64,000 nucleotides of DNA from an uncultured delta proteobacterium (GTDB lineage Bacteria; Desulfobacterota; Binatia; UBA9968): the NCBI GenBank assembly GCA_963727625.1, contig CAVSHR010000002.1, positions 224,001 through 288,000 on the forward strand, written 5' to 3'. The position numbers and the translations under genes were made by a program. Under the pieces are notes generated by a model. It had not been told where the DNA came from. It saw nothing but the letters and a program-made list of their open reading frames with translations, and searched no databases. Positions 1 to 12,417 of this stretch are shown here, in pieces; the stretch's first letter is position 1; every line of letters starts with the position of its first letter.

Positions 1-46
1 GCAGCAGCGAAGAGAAAATAGCGATGGCCGGTCCGTGGTCATGATC

Positions 47-352
47 CTATCCCCACCTCTTGCCCAGCGCTTCCAGTCCGGCTTCTTTTAGATCTTCAGG
101 ACTCATGACAACGTGAAATTCGACGTCGGCACCGAAAGTCAAAAACCAAGGCTCCGCCAGCGCGGGAACCATGGAAGGCTTTTCCAGCTCAGCGACCATG
201 ACAATAGTCCGCCGTCCGTTCATCTCCGTGAAGTAGGCAGCCTCGGGCTTAATTGCATCAAGTATCGCCTCGGTTTTGCGGCCCACGCTTCCGTCCTTGA
301 CGGCGGCGTTGAAAGCATCGTGGGGCAGGCGAATAGTCAGAAGTATTCTCAT
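47..352 (-). CDS. small conserved hypothetical protein (DUF3303-like)
   Basis: MRILLTIRLPHDAFNAAVKDGS...IKPEAAYFTEMNGRRT...PALAEPWFLTFGADVEFHVVMSPEDL; RBS-like AAAGGAG upstream of the ATG at 352. Confidence 0.65.
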   Translation of the reverse strand: MRILLTIRLPHDAFNAAVKDGSVGRKTEAILDAIKPEAAYFTEMNGRRTIVMVAELEKPSMVPALAEPWFLTFGADVEFHVVMSPEDLKEAGLEALGKRWG

Positions 353-437
353 GGTCGGATCTCCTTTGTTGGTGTTTATCCTTTTTGATGAAAACCTCTG
401 CGGTTCGAATGGAAGCAAATCCCGCCCGGAGCCGGGT

Positions 438-852
438 TCAAGGATCACTCCAACTCATTGCCGGGGAACGCTCCGCGTCCGTCCAGTGACAGAGAAACTC
501 GCGGTAGTGTACGATCCGTGGTTCTCGCACATCGAAGTTATGTCCAACGATTCTCGAATCCAATGCCCGATGACTTGTCTTTGCCTGCCTCCTCTCCCAG
601 CACCACTACGGTTTGCCCATCAGCAATAAACTGTCGGGGAGTGAACGAACTAAACTCCCAGCTTCCTGCCAAGACATCCAGGAATTCTTGCACACCGCGG
701 CGTCCTTTGGAGGCCCGACATTTTTCGAGATTTGCCGGTCCATTGACGACCGATTCGATGTTTTCGGCACAAAGGTTTAAGAACCGATCGACGTCGCCTT
801 TAACAAAACGGCTATACACATCTTTGACAATTTCCAATGCGGACGCCATCAT
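438..852 (-). CDS. SnoaL/NTF2-like protein, frameshifted near 540
   Basis: ORF 538..852 (IVKDVYSRFVKGDVDRFL...GRRGVQEFL...FIADGQTVVVLG) continues in another frame as HNFDVREPRIVHYREFLCHW to a TGA at 438-440. Confidence 0.7.
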
Positions 853-883
853 TCCTCCGTAAAGATGCTCGGCTGATCATCCA

Positions 884-1322
884 TTATTTCCCGATATCCT
901 CATCCAGAGTCCAGGGTTATCTCGGACGAATTCTTCCATCAAATTCTTGCATTCCTGACTTACGACGACAATCAGTTCTACGCCTCTGGCTCATCAAGTA
1001 ATTCTCCGGCCCTTTGAATTCTTGTTCTCTCCGATGACCACCCTCGGAATACCATAGAGCAGGACTGCTCCGCTGCACATATCGCAGGGAGATAGGGTGG
1101 AGTAAAGAACGGATCTCTTGTAATCATTGGCTTTGATGCGGCCCGCATTCTCCAGGCAGTCCATTTCGGCATGCAACACAACACTTCCTTTTTGAACACG
1201 ACGGTTGTGGCCGCGGCCGATGAATTCTCCGTCAAGGACCAACACAGACCCTATCTGAATGCCGCCTTCTGCAAAGCCCCTCCTCGTCTTCCTCTGGCAG
1301 TGGCCTCCATGAATTCATCCAT
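884..1322 (-). CDS. cytosine/nucleoside deaminase (zinc CDA fold, FCY1-like), frameshifted
   Basis: GRGHNRRVQKGSVVLHAEMDCLENAG and LYSTLSPCDMCSGA (HAE and PCxxC motifs); C-terminus ...LWDEDIGK in another frame. Confidence 0.85.
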
Positions 1323-1597
1323 CGGCCCACATCCCTGTTTTATCGCCGGCGCGAAGTCGCGTTGCCTTGACTCAAGTTTCGGAACGGTACATAGCGTAAA
1401 TTATCGGTCCACCCCGTTTCCAGTCAAGCATGTCAAAATTTTTTCATTGTATGGTTTTCGCATCCCATCTTCACGTGTTTGTTGAAACGGCTTTGATGGT
1501 TGCTCGACCGGAATCACCGTGTAGAACAATTTGCGCAAAATTGCGCCAGGTATGTAGAACGACGATTCGTGCGGCCGGGATTGGCGGTTGTGATAGG

Positions 1598-2340
1598 ATG
1601 CGTGAAACGAGCCAAGGGAAACATCGCTTGCTTGAACATGACGCTGTAACCGATCTCGATGGCTGGGGGCTGGTGGTTGTGGATATGCAAAATGATTTCA
1701 TTGCCGCCGGGGGATATTACGCGCGGAGAACGGAATTAGACGAGCAGGTGGCGCAGCGGAAATTGACGATGGAGGCAAGGAACCAAGTTTTAAGCAACTT
1801 GGATGTTCGTTCTCCGGGTAAATTTGCCTGCCCGGACCGAAACCGTTATCGCCGATTGTGGATAACGTCTTGCAGAGTGATCGAATACGCGAGGAGCGGA
1901 CGAAGACCCATCGCCTACGTGCGGGCGATTTATGACCGCGAATTCGATGTTCGACCGCCGTCGCTTCTACTGGACCCGGAACGAAGTCATTATCCTTGCA
2001 AACCGCGGAGCTGGGGTGCAGCGCTTATCGAACCCATTGCGCAATTCGTCGGCACCAAGACTATGGATCGGTCCAGAACGTAATCGAAAAACACACATTT
2101 GACGGGTTTTACCAGACTGAGCTTTTTCGTTTCCTCAAGAATTGCAAGGTGCGAACGGTGGTGATGGTCGAAGTCGAGACCCATGTCTATGTGCTGGAGA
2201 CGGCAAAAAGCGCCGCGGCGCATCAGTTTAAGACCACGATTCTGGAAGACCGCGAATGGACCGCCCAAGACGCGCTTGGCCGGGTGCTGACAGGGAGATT
2301 TTTGGCGACGCATTCGGCTCTACCGCGTCATTGCGAGAGC
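1598..2340 (+). CDS. isochorismatase/cysteine hydrolase family protein, frameshifted; end approximate
   Basis: LVVVDMQNDF motif, C..GSWGA-like CKPRSWGA, and IEKHTFDGFYQTEL in the next frame. Confidence 0.75.
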
Positions 2341-2385
2341 TCTTGGACCAGGATGCGTTGTCGAAAAGCCCGTGTTCTACACCGA

Positions 2386-3070
2386 ATGCTTGAAGACGAC
2401 TTGATCCAAATCGCCGGCGTGAAGGACGCGGCGGAAGCGAAACTGCTTCGGCACTGCGGTGTCAGATATCTCGGTTTCCCCTTACGCCTTGCTGTTCACC
2501 CGGAAGACCTGACCGAGAAGGAAGCAGCGGGCATCATTCAAACCCTCAAGCCCCCCACGTTTGGCGTGCTCATCACCTATCTCGACGTTGGACCATGCGA
2601 TAGCGGACTTCTGCAATGATTCAGGCACGCGGATCGTTCAGCTTCATGGCGACATCGACAAAGGCGAGCTGGAAAAACTTAAAGCCCTCAGCCCGTGTCT
2701 GACGGTAATCAAAAGCCTCGTGGTTGGTTTTCACACAAACAAGGCGCTCGAGTCCATGACGAAGGAACTGTCCCCACCAATCGATGCCTTCATTACGGAT
2801 ACCTTCGACCCCTAGAACGGAAAAAAAGGGGCAACCGGCAAGACGCATGACTGGGCAGTAAGCCGGCGAATCGTAGAGGTCTCCGACCGCCCTGTTATCC
2901 TGGCCGGTGGACTGACGCCTGATAACGTCCAAAGGGCGGCACCCGGTTAAGCGGCGGCAGGGGTCGATAGCCACACCGGAGTCGAGGATGCCGCGGGCCG
3001 GAAGAGCCGGAAGGAGAACGGTTTGTTTCTGAGGCCCGCCGCGGGTTCCGCGAACTCAAAAAGAAGGAGC
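2386..3070 (+). CDS. trpF: phosphoribosylanthranilate isomerase (TrpF)-like protein, frameshifted; end approximate
   Basis: IQIAGV, IVQLHGD, AFITDT, GATGKTHDW, PVILAGGLTPDNV and GVDSHTGVE motifs spread over several frames. Confidence 0.75.
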
Positions 3071-3130
3071 CTATCGACGTGAAGCTCGTCGTACCGGCAA
3101 GCCTGCCGGCAAACGCGCATTACTTCACGC

Positions 3131-3634
3131 TCAATGCCATCCAATCAGTTTATGCGGACTCGCCGGCCCATGGAGCCGTCGGTCGTAGGTTCTCCATCGG
3201 CTGTTGCGGGATCCAGGCGGATCCTCCGTTTTGGGATCGAAGAAACGCAGTTCCAAGGTGCCTTCGACCTCGCGGCACTCTCGGGAAAACGAGATCGCGA
3301 TGTCTATTCGCGCGACCGAAGCAGGAGGGGCCCCATTGCCGATGGGGCTCGAGATGAAGTCAAAGTCGAGGGCGACCGCCTTTGCCTGGCCGCGCGTGCT
3401 CCGTCGCCATGCTCCTTGAAGGTGACTGAAATTGAAGGCGACTTCCGCCAAGCTCGTGATCTGCAAGGTGCCATCTTCCGAAAACGTCCATATGCTTTGA
3501 GTTCCGCTGCCCTCCTTGACAAGGTACGTGCCGGGAATGCAACCATCGCGCGCCTCAGACGAATGGGGGTCGAATAATTGAGCGAGAAACAAGGCCAGGG
3601 CAATAAGCGTAAAGAACTTTACAATCCCAAACAT
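3131..3634 (-). CDS. hypothetical secreted protein
   Basis: N-terminal signal-like segment (MFGIVKFFTLIALALFLAQL), beta-rich body, RBS AGGAGG upstream; C-terminus probably frameshifted. Confidence 0.6.
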   Translation of the reverse strand: MFGIVKFFTLIALALFLAQLFDPHSSEARDGCIPGTYLVKEGSGTQSIWTFSEDGTLQITSLAEVAFNFSHLQGAWRRSTRGQAKAVALDFDFISSPIGNGAPPASVARIDIAISFSRECREVEGTLELRFFDPKTEDPPGSRNSRWRTYDRRLHGPASPHKLIGWH

Positions 3635-3929
3635 GATGAACCTCCTGAGTGTAATTCATGATCTAAGTCGACTTTCTCATTTATGCAGTTACGAATGCGT
3701 CGCCAAAATCCGGTATGTCATTGCATGTTAGCGAGCGCCTGCTGTTACAGCGGGGCGGGCGGCACAAGACAGTTCCGGATGCGCGCCTTACATGTGCTTC
3801 CATGACGCGTTCAACTTCGGCGTTCAGGAGATGGACCAGAACGAGGGGGCAGGATCGCTTGCGAGGCTTGCCCGGCGTGGCACCGCATGGATTGTCGCGT
3901 GTCTTTTTCGTTTCCAGGCTGTTTCTTGC

Positions 3930-5420
3930 TTACTTGCCCTTCTTGAACCTGGCGGAGATAAGGTCGGCGGGATCGGTCACGGTTGAGACGCTGAAGGCGG
4001 CGATGAAACTATTCTTGACCGCCGCCAGGCCGTCGTAGTCGCCAAGGAAATAACCGCCGGCATTCGGCGCCTTACGAATATCAAACGATTCCTGGGTGAG
4101 CTGAAGCTCGCTCAACCCCGCGGGTCGGAACAGTCGCTCTTCGCCTGGGCCTGCAGGTGGCCGCCCACTGATCGGTCAGCCCTTCGGGTTCGGCGCCGTT
4201 GAAGCGAAAGTCATAATAAGTGATCGCGATCATACCTTTTCGATTGACCGCGATGGAAGGCACGAATGCTTGTTGGTTGGCGTTAAGCCAGCCCGGTGTG
4301 ATCGATCTGAACGGGCTCGGTCCAGGCGAAGCCGCCATCCTCGGACATGGAAAACGCCAGCGACTCGTGCGCGAAGTTGCTAAAGCGCGCGTCCTGCCAA
4401 ACTGCGTAGAGCGTGCCGTTTGTCGGGTCCACCGCTACGTCGAACAGACTGTCGGCGCTGCGCAGTGGCGCACCCGTGTCGGGGTCGCTGACGTCGAAGC
4501 TCGACTGCATGGAAGATACGAAGATCGGATCACCGGCCGGGCTCCAAGTCATTCCACGATCCAAAGATCGCTTCAAGGCCAGAGTGTTGGTCATGAATGG
4601 AGCGGTCGGAATTTCATCGATCACTTAGAAAAAATCGACCAACGCGCCATCGGGCATAACTATGACTTGGCTACCGACCGTCTGGGAATTGGGGCCCGGA
4701 TCATAGACCGTCCGGCGGTGCTTCCCAAGAGAAACCTCCATCGATGGTTCGGGAAAACAGCGCCGGTCCGCCGCCGTTGATGAAATCCAGTCGATCCCAC
4801 ACGACATAGACGGCCCGAGAGTCAAAAGGGTCGGCTGTGATCGACTGCTTGTCGTGCAAGCCTCAAAAAGTCTCGTCGATGACCGCCACCGGATTCGACC
4901 ATTCAAGTCGCCATTATTCGGCTTTTCCACTTAAAGGGCTGATTTTTCTTCGTCGGCGTGCTCTGAGGAGCAGCGGAACCAGCTGCAAAATTCAAAATAG
5001 CGAGTTAAATTTTGACGAGCGGTCGGAATGTCAGCCAGGGGTTGTCTTAGATGCGACTAAACTCGCCGCCGGTGCAAAGAGAGATGTTCGGTAGCGCCAA
5101 ATCGCTCCAGCTCTTGCCGCCATTCGAGCTTACACCAACGAGCAAACCGCGCGCGCCGCCGTTCGACCAGCGGTCTTGCTGCCACGATGCCACAATGTGC
5201 TTGGGGTTCGCCGCATTGACCGCAACCCATGGCTCGACTTCGCTGTCATTGGATACCGAGCCCGGCTGTGATTCGGGGTCGTCTGCGGTACAGGTATCGA
5301 ATGGGCTGAGGGCGCTGATCTGCGAAAGCCTTGCCGGAAATGCCCATGCTTGGAAAGGTCGATCTGGGCTGTTACCGGCTGGGGAGCCAGAATGGCACAG
5401 ACCAGGACGCCCAGCAAACT
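3930..5420 (-). CDS. secreted BNR/sialidase-like beta-propeller protein, multiply frameshifted
   Basis: Asp-box repeats (SLDRGMTWS, SEDGGFAW, SSNGGKSW), EPWVAVN...WQQDRWSNGGARG near the N-terminus, AFVPSIAV, and C-terminal YFLGDYDGL. Confidence 0.75.
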
Positions 5421-5461
5421 GGATCGATGAACAAGGCAGAGAATGGAAGCTATTTACTGTC

Positions 5462-6074
5462 CCACTCTGGGAGGGTTGAAGCCCTCGCCTTTAGGCGACG
5501 GCTTTAGCAAGTTTTTGTGACACTGTGGTAGTGTGTGCGGATGAAGGAGTATCGACGCGGAGACACACGGTATTCGAGATACATTTGCATGTGGTATGGA
5601 CGACCAAATACCATCGGGCAGCGTTGACGGGGGAAGTGGCGACGCGAGTAAGAGACATAATCCGTGAGATCTGCGGGCAACACGAAGTAACGATCCTGAA
5701 GGGACATGGTAAAGGACCATCTGCATCTGTTCGTGTCGATACCGCCGCAAGTGACAATCAGTCGGTTGATCCAATGGTTGAAGGGGAAGAGTTCGTACAA
5801 GTTGATGGGAGAATTTCCGCATTTGCAGAAGCAGTTTTGGGGTCGGCATCTTGGGCACGGGGATACTTCTGCTGCAGTAGCGGGAATGTGACCGACGAGG
5901 TGATCGCGGAATATATATCGAATCAGAATCATGATCGTGACGATGATTTCAAAGTAGACGGTTAAGACCATCAGCCGCCCATTGGGGGCGGAACTTTAAG
6001 CCGGCTTGTAGCCGGAACCCAGGACTTTGAGTCCGTTATTCGATGCCACCGCCTTTAAGGCGGTGGTTATTCAC
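5462..6074 (+). mobile_element. IS200/IS605-family element carrying tnpA only
   Basis: Subterminal hairpins GCCCTCGCCT-TT-AGGCGACGGC (5481-5502) and CCACCGCCT-TTA-AGGCGGTGG (6046-6066); ends in TCAC at 6071-6074; left boundary approximate. Confidence 0.8.
5541..5965 (+). CDS. tnpA: IS200-type Y1 (HUH) transposase, frameshifted
   Basis: HLHVVWTTKY, DHLHLFV (HUH), LKGKSS, WARGYFCCSSG and catalytic Tyr in IAEYISNQ. Confidence 0.9.
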
Positions 6075-6278
6075 TTTGGTGATGGCTTCAGTAGCCGCTG
6101 AGTTTCGACCTTCAAAAATCGATAGATGTTTTCCCTTCACCGTGCCGTTGCTTGACTCGAGTTTCGAAAGAGGACATAGCAATGCTTATAGCCGCTTTAT
6201 TTTTCAGTCAACCACGTTGATATTATCTCTTCCTAAAGCTTTTGCCACTGCGGCGAAAGATTTTCGGATCAAATTTTT

Positions 6279-8250
6279 ATGCTACCGGTGTTAAAACGAA
6301 TGGCGCTAGGCTGTTCGCTGATCATGATCGCTTCCGCGGTGTTGTTGTTTTCCGACCTGAGTCAGCGCAAGGCCGCAGGCACAAAAATCCCTCGCGTGGC
6401 GAACTTCCAATGCGCTTCCGCAGCGGTACTGGACGACGGCGTTCAGGGAATCAGAGACGCACTGAATCAGGCGGGATACGTCAATGGCAAGAACATCGAG
6501 CTTCGGATGTTCAATGCCGAAAACGATATGCCCACGGCCAATGCCATCGCGAAGCAAATCACCGACGGAAGTTTTGATCTCGTGTTCACGGTGAGCACCG
6601 TCTGCCTGCAAGTCGTGGCGAACGCTAACAAGGCTGGCAAAACCGTGCATGTCTTCGGACTGGTGACCGATCCCTACGGCGCCGGAGTTGGGATCAAGCG
6701 AGACGATCCTCTCGACCACCCGGCGCATCTGGTTGGCTTGGGCTCCTTCCAGCCTGTCGCGGAGTCGCTCCGACTGGCGAAGACACTCTTTCCCGGCCTC
6801 ACCACCATCGGAGTGCCCTGGAACACCGCGGAGCATAGCTCCGAAGCCTGCGTCATCAAGGCGAGGGAGACCGCGCCCAAGCTCGGCATTAAGCTTTTGG
6901 AAGCAAGGTCGATATTCCGCAGGGGTCTGGAAGCATCCAGCTCGTTAGTTCCCGGGGGGCGCAAGCCCTCTGGGTCGGGCGCGACATGACCGTCAATGTC
7001 GCCGTGGATCCGCGGTGGCCGCCGCCAAGAAGGGCGGGTGCCGGTTTACCAACCAACCGCCCAACGCGCGGCGCGGCGCGCTTTTCGACCTCGGCGCCGA
7101 TTACCGCGAGGTGGGACGGCTCACGGGTGTTATAGGCGTAAAAATTCTTCAGGGAGCCGATCCAAGAAAAATTCCGGTGAAGAACGTCGTTCCCGAGAGC
7201 CTGTGGCTGAATACCGTGGCGCTGACAGGACTGAATGAACCCTGGCACATCCCAGAAACTGTGGCTGCTCATGCTCAAGTGCTGGTTGACGCAAAAGGCG
7301 TCCACAAAAGTTCTCTTGCTGCTATTCCCAAAGCGGTCGAAGGGCGGACCTATAAAATCGGTCTTGCCTATTTCGCGCCCGATCCGATTGGGGAAATGTG
7401 TCGAAAGGGTCTGTTTGACGGGCTCGAAAATTTAGGTTTTGTCCGAGACAAAAACCTCCAAGCCCGATTGGCCCATGCCCAGGGAGAGATAGCCAACATA
7501 CCGACCGTTTTGCAGACCTTGGACAATCTGGGGCTGGATCTGATCGTTTCCTTCACGACTCCGGTGCTCACTGCGGCCGCAAACATAGTGAAGCGAACCC
7601 CAGTCGTCTTCACGGAAGTCTATGATCCGATAGCGGCGGGTGCCGGGAAAACCCGTACGGAACACAACCCGAACATAACCGGCGTCGGTTCGTTTCCTCC
7701 AGTCGAAGAGACCATCGATATCATGCGGCAATTGCTGCCGGGGCTTAAATCCGTGGGCACACTTTATAATGCCTCAGAAGCCAATTCACGCAAAGTTGTC
7801 GGCGTGGCGCGAGAAATTTTCAAACAGCACGGCATCCCACTTGAAGAGGTGACCGTCGGCGCATCGAGCGAGGTTTATCAAGCAGCGCAAGCGCTATTGG
7901 GTCGAGACATCCAGGCGCTCTGGATTGCCGGAGATAACACCGCATCATTGGCGTTCGAGAGCATCGTCAAGGTTGCCGCCGACAGCCGCAAGCCGCTGAT
8001 CGTCAACGACCAGAAGTTCGATGAACGCGGAGTTCTGGCCAGCGTCGGGATCGGCTGGGAAGAGTCCTGCAAAAGAGCGGCGACGTACGTGGCCCGGGTT
8101 CTCGGCGGTGAAAAACCGGCAGCGATACCCTTTGAAAATTTTTCTCGCATGCACCTCGAGCTCAATCGCGCTCTGGCAAAGAAGCTCGGCATTGCCATTC
8201 CCGCCGACCTGAATAAAGAGGCGGATCAGGCTCGCGCCGCACGGGAGTAA
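6279..8250 (+). CDS. ABC substrate-binding protein with two tandem ABC_sub_bind domains, frameshifted near 6910-7015
   Basis: N-terminal hydrophobic anchor; two repeats of NA(E/Q)-D/E, (V)TDP/YDP.AG, G.LYN.SE.NS; no RBS or start evident between the two ORF pieces. Confidence 0.8.
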
Positions 8251-8255
8251 TAATC

Positions 8256-10224
8256 ATGGGGTTCGCGATTAAACGGCTATCCCTCGGCCTTGTGTTGATT
8301 GTTTTAGCAGCGGCAATCCTCCTGATCTCCGATCGAAACCAGCGCAAAGTCGCCGCAAGTCGGCTCCCTCATGTTGCCGTTTTTCAGTTTACCTCTGCTT
8401 CGGCGCAGGACGAAAGCGTAAGAGGCATCGATGACACGCTGCGTCAGGCCGGTTTTGTGAACGGGCAAAATATTCGCATCAGTCAATTTAACGCTCTGGG
8501 CGACATGGCGACGGCCAACGCAATTGCCAAGCAGGTGACCAATGGCGATTACGAAATGGTGGTCACGGTGACGACGCCGATATTGCAGGCGGTGGCCAAT
8601 AACAACAAGAGCGGCAAAACCATCCAAGTGTTCGGCCTGGTCGCGGACCCCTTCGTCGCGGGGGTTGGTCTCGATCGCGATCACCCCGATAGACACCCCG
8701 CTTACCTAACCGGTATTGGGACATTCTTGTGGAGGATTCATTCAAGCTGGCGCGGGAATTTTTCCCGGCGCTCAAATCCTTGGGGATCGTATGGAACCCG
8801 TCAGAAGCCAACTCGGCCTCATACTTGAAACGGGCACGCGCTGCCGGCATCGACCAGGGAATAAATATATCAGAAGCGCCGGTGGACAATAGCGCGTCTG
8901 TCTCGAAGCCGCTCAGTCCTTGGTGGCGCGCGGCGCCCAGGCGTCCGGGTCGGCGGCGACTCCACCGTCAGCGTTGCGCTCGACTCGGTGATCAAGCTGG
9001 CGAAGCAGTCCAAGATTCCATTCATGACAATCATCCCGGGGAATCCGAAGCGCGGGACGCTGTTCGATTTCGGCGCGGACTTTTACCAGGTGGGACGTAA
9101 GTCCGGAGAAATAGCGGCGCAAATTCTCCGTGGCACGGACCCGAAAGGCATTCTCATCGAGAATTATGCTCCCAAGTCCCTCGTGGTGAACTCGCTCGCG
9201 CTGGCCGGTTTAAAGGGTAACTGGCATTTGCCCAGGGGGCTGAGACACGACGGAAATATTTGTCGACGCCTCGGGAGTGCACAAAAAAAAATCGGCAACT
9301 GAAACAGAAATCAAATCAATTGCGCGTCATCCGCTCGCGAAAGCAATGGCAGGCCGCCATCATCGAATACATCGACTCCGGAAACCGAGGACGGCGAAAA
9401 AGGAGTGCTGGCCGGATTGCGTGAGGCTGGGCTGGTGCGAGGGAATATTTCAAAGTGAAAATCCGCAACGCGCAAGGCGATATGGCGACGTGAGCAGCCT
9501 GGTCGATGCCGCGTTGACCGACAAAACCAATCTGTTTATCGCAATCACGACGCCCGCTTTACAAGCTGTCCTCCGGCGCGGCGGCAACACTCCGATCGTT
9601 TTCACGGTAGTCTCAGACGGAGTTGCAGCGGGCGCCGGTCGGACGACGAGATATCGTGCCAACGTTACCGGCATCGATTTCAAAGGAGCTTATCCGGAAA
9701 TGCTCGCCCTGATTCGCGAGTTCTTCCCCAACATCAAAGTTCTCGGCACCCTGTTCGTGCCCGGTGAAGTGAACATGTACGCGAAAAGGAACGCTTGATT
9801 CGGGCAGCCAAGGCAGCGGATATAAAAATCGTCGCGCTACCGGTCACGTCGAGCGCCGAAATTACCGACGCTGCCTTGGCACTCACCGCCCACAAGTTGG
9901 ACGCGATCTGTCACTTACCGGGAAACTTGGTTTCTGCCGGTTTTCCAGCGTTGTGGAAGCGGCACGCAAGGCGAAGCTTCCAATCCTCGGTTTTCAAAGC
10001 CGCCAAGCGCGCGATGGCGCCGCTCTCGTGCTCGCACGGATCTCCGATTCCGCAAGGGAGGCCGGCCTGGTGGCCGCGAGTCATGCGCGGTGAAAATCCC
10101 GCTACCATTGCCTTTCGGAATTACGATAAAAATGAACTCATCGTGAACCTTAAGGCGGCGCAGGCCATCGGCTCAGCATCCCACTGCGCTTATCAACAAG
10201 GCCAAGGAGGTCATCGGTCGATAA
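8256..10224 (+). CDS. second tandem-domain ABC substrate-binding protein, many frameshifts
   Basis: N-terminus paralogous to 6279 (KRLSLGLVLIVLAAAILLISD); VADPFVAG, WNPSEANS, then a second domain ITTPALQA, PIVFTVVSD, GTLFVPGEVN, LIVNLKAA. Confidence 0.75.
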
Positions 10225-10225
10225 G

Positions 10226-11466
10226 ATGGAAATCATCCGACAGTCGCAAGGCGATCTACTGATATTGCAGGCCACGGGCCGGCTGGATGCCTACTGGCCG
10301 GTCACCTGGGAAACGAGATTTCCGACGTGTTGCGCCAAGGCGCGCGCCATATCGTACTCAATCTCAAAGAGGTGTCCTACATCAGCTCGGCGGGCATCCG
10401 CATACTGCTTCAGTCCCAAAAGCAGCTCAAAGCCATCGAAGGGTTTTTCCGCGTGACCGAACCGTCACCGGGGGTTAAAGCCGTATCGAGCTCGCTGGGG
10501 TTGCAGAGTATTAGTTGAACGGGTCACAGCAGCTGAAGCTGCGCCTGCGGTGAAAACAGACGCCCAAACGCTGGAGCGTGGGAACGCCACTTATCAAGTT
10601 TTGCGCAGTGTTCCCGATGCGGCGTTCAAGGGACGCGTAGTCGGCAATCCGGATTTGCTGTCCGGGTGTCGCTACGTGAAGGAAAACTGCCAAGAAGTTG
10701 CCTTCGGGGAAACGGCGCTCGGCGTGGGACTCGGGGCGTTCGGCAATGACTTCGAAAATTCCATGCGCGCTTCGGAGAGTTCTTGGCGGTGGCGGGCAGT
10801 GCCGCTTATTTGCCGACGGACGGGACTAACGTTCCGGACTACATTTGTCGAAGGGGGAATTCGTGCCCCATTGCAGGTCCTCTAGGGTATTACTTGTGAA
10901 GGAGAGTTTTCCAAGGTCGTTCAGTTCGAACGAAAAAATGACACTCATAGAGTAAAGCTCCATGAGGTCGTTGAAGCATGTCAGGATATTTCGCTGCCCA
11001 AGCCATCGCCCTGGTAATGCTCGTTGAATCCGCCGGCCTGATGGGAGCTTCATTGTTGCGTTCACCGGCGCTGCCGGCACCGGCGGGCGCTCCATTTCAC
11101 CATCCCGAGATTCGCCAATGGCTCTCGTTCACCAGCGAAAGAGCTTTTTCGCGCTCCTTGACGCTCGTCGTCGGCGTTGCCGCGCCGATGGAAAAGCAAG
11201 ATCTTCGAGCGTTGCTTCGACCTCTCGGAGAAAATTCCACCGCCGGCGGTCATTTCCATGCTGCGGCGTTTTCTTATCGTCCCCTGAGGCGAGGAGAAAC
11301 CGATCTTAAAAATGCCACTACGGCGTTGTTCGAAGCCGAGACCTTGCAGGGAGTGCTGCATCTCATCAACGATGAACGGCTAATTTCGGGCGCGGGGGAA
11401 AGCGAATTTCTTCGCGGCGCCTGCTGGGTCGGTCCGATAACTGAAATTTCAACGAACGGAAACTAA
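10226..11466 (+). CDS. STAS domain fused to an ALDC-like HxH domain (paralog 1), frameshifted
   Basis: GRLDA, VSYISSAGIRILL (STAS); LGVGLGAFG, FGEFLAVAG..AYLPTDG, GGHFHAAAFSY, VLHLIND; collinear with the intact ORF at 21039. Confidence 0.75.
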
Positions 11467-11467
11467 T

Positions 11468-12417
11468 ATGGCACTCTTGATCGGCGCGCTCACTATCGGT
11501 TTGATCCTCTCCTTGCTGGCATTGGGCGTCTTCATCAGTTTTCGCATCTTTCATTTTCCCGACATTACCGCAGACGGCTCGATCACCTTCGGCGCTGCGG
11601 TGGCCGCGGTGTTGCTCGTCAAGGGCTTTTCTCCCCTCATCGCAACAGCCGCGGGTTTTTGTGCCGGACTGCTAGCCGGTACCGTCACCGGGATTCTTGC
11701 GACTAAATTCAAAATTCAAGGGCTTCTCGCCGGCATTCTGGTCATGACCGCGCTCTACTCGGTGAATCTCCACGTGATGGGAAAGAGCAACGTGCCCCTC
11801 TTATCGGAATCCACTGTGACCACCTTCGCCGAGCGTGCAGGGACGGTGGTCTTTCAAACCGCGGATGATATTAAGATTGCGGGTTGGGATGTCAGCGTGC
11901 GCGATGTCTCGACGGTCGTGCTTGCAGCGGTGGTGGTTTTGATTGTCGGACTAACTTTATATGTGTTCTTTCGCACGAATCTCGGCACCGCCATGAGGGC
12001 GCCGGCGACAACGACCAGATGATTCGGGCCCTTGGAGTCAATGTCGAGGCCGTGACGATTCTCGGTCTCGCGCTTTCCAACGGCCTCATCGGATTGGCGG
12101 GGGCGTTGCTGGCGCAGTACCAAGGATTTGCCGACGTGCAGATGGGCATCGGCATGGTGGTCTGGGGGCTGGCGAGCGTCATTATCGGCGAGGCGTTGGT
12201 CGGAAAGGGGAGCTTTGGGCTGACACTCACCGGGGCGGTCATGGGATCGGTGCTGTTCCGGCTTCTGGTGGCGATCGCCCTGCGCTGGGGCTTGGATCCC
12301 AACGATCTCAAATTGATCACCGCGTTGTTCGTGTTTGCCGCGCTAGTTCTGCCCTCTCTCTTAAAAAAGCTGGAAAGGAAACCGGTTCTTGTAACCGGCT
12401 CGGCGACGCATGCTTGA
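11468..12417 (+). CDS. ABC transporter permease (BPD_transp_2 type), frameshift near 12000
   Basis: FPDITADGS, LLAGILVMTALYSVNL, GTAMRA.GDN, QYQGFADVQMGIGMVVWGLASVIIGE. Confidence 0.9.
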
